Assembly (NCBI GenBank): GCA_046757025.1
Contig: JBHHXN010000176.1
Location: 1-10,766, forward strand
Source: a bacterium
Lineage (GTDB): Bacteria > Zhuqueibacterota > Zhuqueibacteria > Oceanimicrobiales > Oceanimicrobiaceae
DNA: 10,766 nucleotides
Reading direction: 5' to 3'
This document shows, piece by piece, positions 8,745 to 10,766 of the stretch (the first letter of the stretch is position 1; every line of letters begins with the position of its first letter). The notes under the pieces are model-generated. The model did not search any database. It saw only the letters and a program-made list of their open reading frames with translations, and was not told the origin of the DNA. A program made the position numbers and the translations under genes.

Positions 8745-10568
8745 TTAAAACGGCAAACTCACACCGCCGGTAAATATCAAGCCATCCTGGCCGATGGCGC
8801 CGTTGGCCACAATGCCGATGTTGGGTCTATTCAATACTCTCATACTCATGCCGGGATTGATGTTAAAATCACCCTCAAAATCCGTACTGTTGAACACCTG
8901 TCCAAAATCCAGAAACGGTGCAATTTCTAAATCCATTGGAAATCCCATCATGACGATATGCATGGCCTGGTAGCGCAACTCCATGCTGCCAAAAACCGCA
9001 TGCTGTCCGTAAAACCGGCCCGCGTCAAATGCCCGCAAAGTCGCTTCACCGCCGAGGGTCGCCTGATCGAAAAATGGAATATTTTCGCTGGTGGTCAAAG
9101 TCCAGCTATTTCTGAGCAACAAAGTAAATTTCTGATCCACGGTAGAAAAATATTTTCTAAAATCGAATGAAAAGCGACCGTAATTTGAAACCGGTTCAAA
9201 ATCGCTGGTCACCTGGTCGTATTCCGCCGTCAGTTTCACATAAATTCCCGCAGAAGGGGTAAATTCCTGGTTGCGTCCGTCGTAAACAATGTTTACTCGT
9301 TCACCAACCACGGTGGCGCCCGCAATTCCAGGTACGTTTGCAAAATCTTCTTGGTTGATGGTGAAGGGCACTTCGGCCGCCAGACGGTCGGCGCCGCGTT
9401 TGACATCCACTGAACGAATTTTACCGCCCACCGAAAAGCGCAGATTATTGACCGGCAGCCAGTAAAGATCCAAATAGCCGCCAAACTCTTCGTGGGTATA
9501 ATTGCTTTCATCTTCCTCATCCGTGCTCCCGCCGATTCCATAAAACCGGTAGCGCGGGTCCTGAAATGCGTTGATTTGCAATTCATAACCCACACGATCA
9601 TTTTTACCTACAGCTAAATTTTCATGATGGAATTGAACCTGCCGGTTGCGGTCTTCAGAAAACTGCGCTGAAAACCAGTAATTAACATACGCTGCCGGAC
9701 AACTCACCACATCCACGGCCACGGTGGCTCCAACATTTTCGTTGTAATATCCGCGCACATCGAAGGTACCGGTCATGATACCTTCGCGCGTCACGTTCAT
9801 CAAAGCCATGGCGCCGCCAATGCTCTGGCCGTTATTTTCCGTGGAACCTATGAACGGATGCCAGACCGTCTGAATGTGTTTACCATGATTTCCCGGATCA
9901 AAAAACAATCGGTGCAAAAATTTTGGCAACGGCCCATTTTCATCCCAGGTATGAAACATGGTTTTCATGGGCTGTGGCAAATTCAGCCGCTTTTCCTGAA
10001 CAAAAAAATCAGCAGACACCGGGCCCTTTGACGGTTCGGGAATTATTACGGCCCCGTTGCCTGAGTTGGCACGGACTGTAACCGTAGTTGAATACGCTTC
10101 ATCGACATGAGTCGTCAGATGTCCGGCGTTTAATCCGGGGGTGTAGGTGATTTTTACCGCAATTTGATAGCTGCCTGTCGCGGCGTTTTCAGCGACTTTA
10201 AATGGCACCATGACTTTGATTTCCCCGGTAAAAACACGGGTAATACCCAAATGCACCGGCACCCCTCGCACTTCTGGCTGAGGGAAGCGGGGTTTTTCAA
10301 AACTAAAATTCTGTTGTTTTTGCACGTTTATAATGGTGGCGGCAGGTATGCGCGCGCTACGGTCATTTTCACCCAGCCAGAAACCCCGTGGAATTCGGAA
10401 AGTGATCACCAACGCCGATGTCTGTCCGGCAGCCACATGCGCATCCACAGAACTCATAGAAATCTCTATTGGATTTTCAACTGTTTGTGAAACGCCTCTT
10501 GAAGTAAGAAAAACAATTTCGAGAACAATTAACAAAAATCTTAATAAGGATTGATTTAATATTTTCAA
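8745..10568 (-). CDS. Secreted outer-membrane protein: signal peptide + DsbD-N-like Ig domain (no Cys) + Omp85/BamA-TamA-type beta-barrel, about 607 aa
   Basis: Hydrophobic N-terminus ending GVS|Q. The C-terminal ~375 aa show amphipathic strands, YDGRNQEFTPSAG, FDFRKYF, loop-6 lid LGG...LRAF..GRF (9027-9038), ELRY, PFLDFGQVF and a terminal Phe. Probable start is TTG 10568, with GGAGG 5 nt upstream. Confidence 0.82.
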   Translation of the reverse strand: MKILNQSLLRFLLIVLEIVFLTSRGVSQTVENPIEISMSSVDAHVAAGQTSALVITFRIPRGFWLGENDRSARIPAATIINVQKQQNFSFEKPRFPQPEVRGVPVHLGITRVFTGEIKVMVPFKVAENAATGSYQIAVKITYTPGLNAGHLTTHVDEAYSTTVTVRANSGNGAVIIPEPSKGPVSADFFVQEKRLNLPQPMKTMFHTWDENGPLPKFLHRLFFDPGNHGKHIQTVWHPFIGSTENNGQSIGGAMALMNVTREGIMTGTFDVRGYYNENVGATVAVDVVSCPAAYVNYWFSAQFSEDRNRQVQFHHENLAVGKNDRVGYELQINAFQDPRYRFYGIGGSTDEEDESNYTHEEFGGYLDLYWLPVNNLRFSVGGKIRSVDVKRGADRLAAEVPFTINQEDFANVPGIAGATVVGERVNIVYDGRNQEFTPSAGIYVKLTAEYDQVTSDFEPVSNYGRFSFDFRKYFSTVDQKFTLLLRNSWTLTTSENIPFFDQATLGGEATLRAFDAGRFYGQHAVFGSMELRYQAMHIVMMGFPMDLEIAPFLDFGQVFNSTDFEGDFNINPGMSMRVLNRPNIGIVANGAIGQDGLIFTGGVSLPF

Positions 10569-10667
10569 AATAACCTCCAATGATCATTTTGGTGATGAAT
10601 ATTTTAAGTCCGGGCAAGTGTTTTCATTCCAAAGCCCTATATACCGTTATCCAATTAGTTCAGAAAA

Positions 10668-10726
10668 TGTCATTCTAAAGGAGCCCTTCAACGTAGCTCA
10701 GGATGAACTCCGCGACTGAAGAATCT
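10668..10726 (+). repeat. Nested REP-like element with TGTCA tag, upstream of the Omp85-type gene
   Basis: TGTCATTCT...AGAATCT outer arms, GGAG (10680-10683) / CTCC (10708-10711) inner stem enclosing CCCTTCAACGTAGCTCAGGATGAA. Resembles GTCATTCTGA...GAAGAATCT and CCCTTCGAC..GCTCAGG repeat units as I recall them. Confidence 0.5.
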
Positions 10727-10766
10727 CAGACCACCAAACTGTATTCATTCAATCACAAGCTCAGTA

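Noticed and set aside
7492..10554. Antisense or alternate-frame ORFs over the TSUP and barrel genes (7492-7833, 9293-9601, 10164-10490, 10333-10554)
   Set aside because: They overlap supported genes and have no motifs.

Overview
Seven protein-coding genes, all on the minus strand. Bases 126-7016 hold a tightly packed pentose-phosphate operon, transcribed tkt -> stand-alone PGI of the Tal-Pgi type -> beta-PGM-like HAD hydrolase -> pgl -> zwf. Upstream are a TauE/SafE (TSUP) membrane transporter (7533-8390) and a secreted Omp85/BamA-TamA-type beta-barrel (8745-10568). In the barrel protein I see no POTRA domains; it instead carries a DsbD-N-like Ig domain with both catalytic cysteines replaced, which is the most unusual object here. 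Non-coding elements: a 143-bp MITE-like element with 18-bp IS5/IS903-like inverted repeats just upstream of tkt, a 43-bp palindrome between the barrel and TSUP genes, and two TGTCA-tagged REP-like palindromes at the window edges. No rRNA, tRNA, CRISPR array or transposase was seen. All family calls are from motif recognition by eye; no searches were run.
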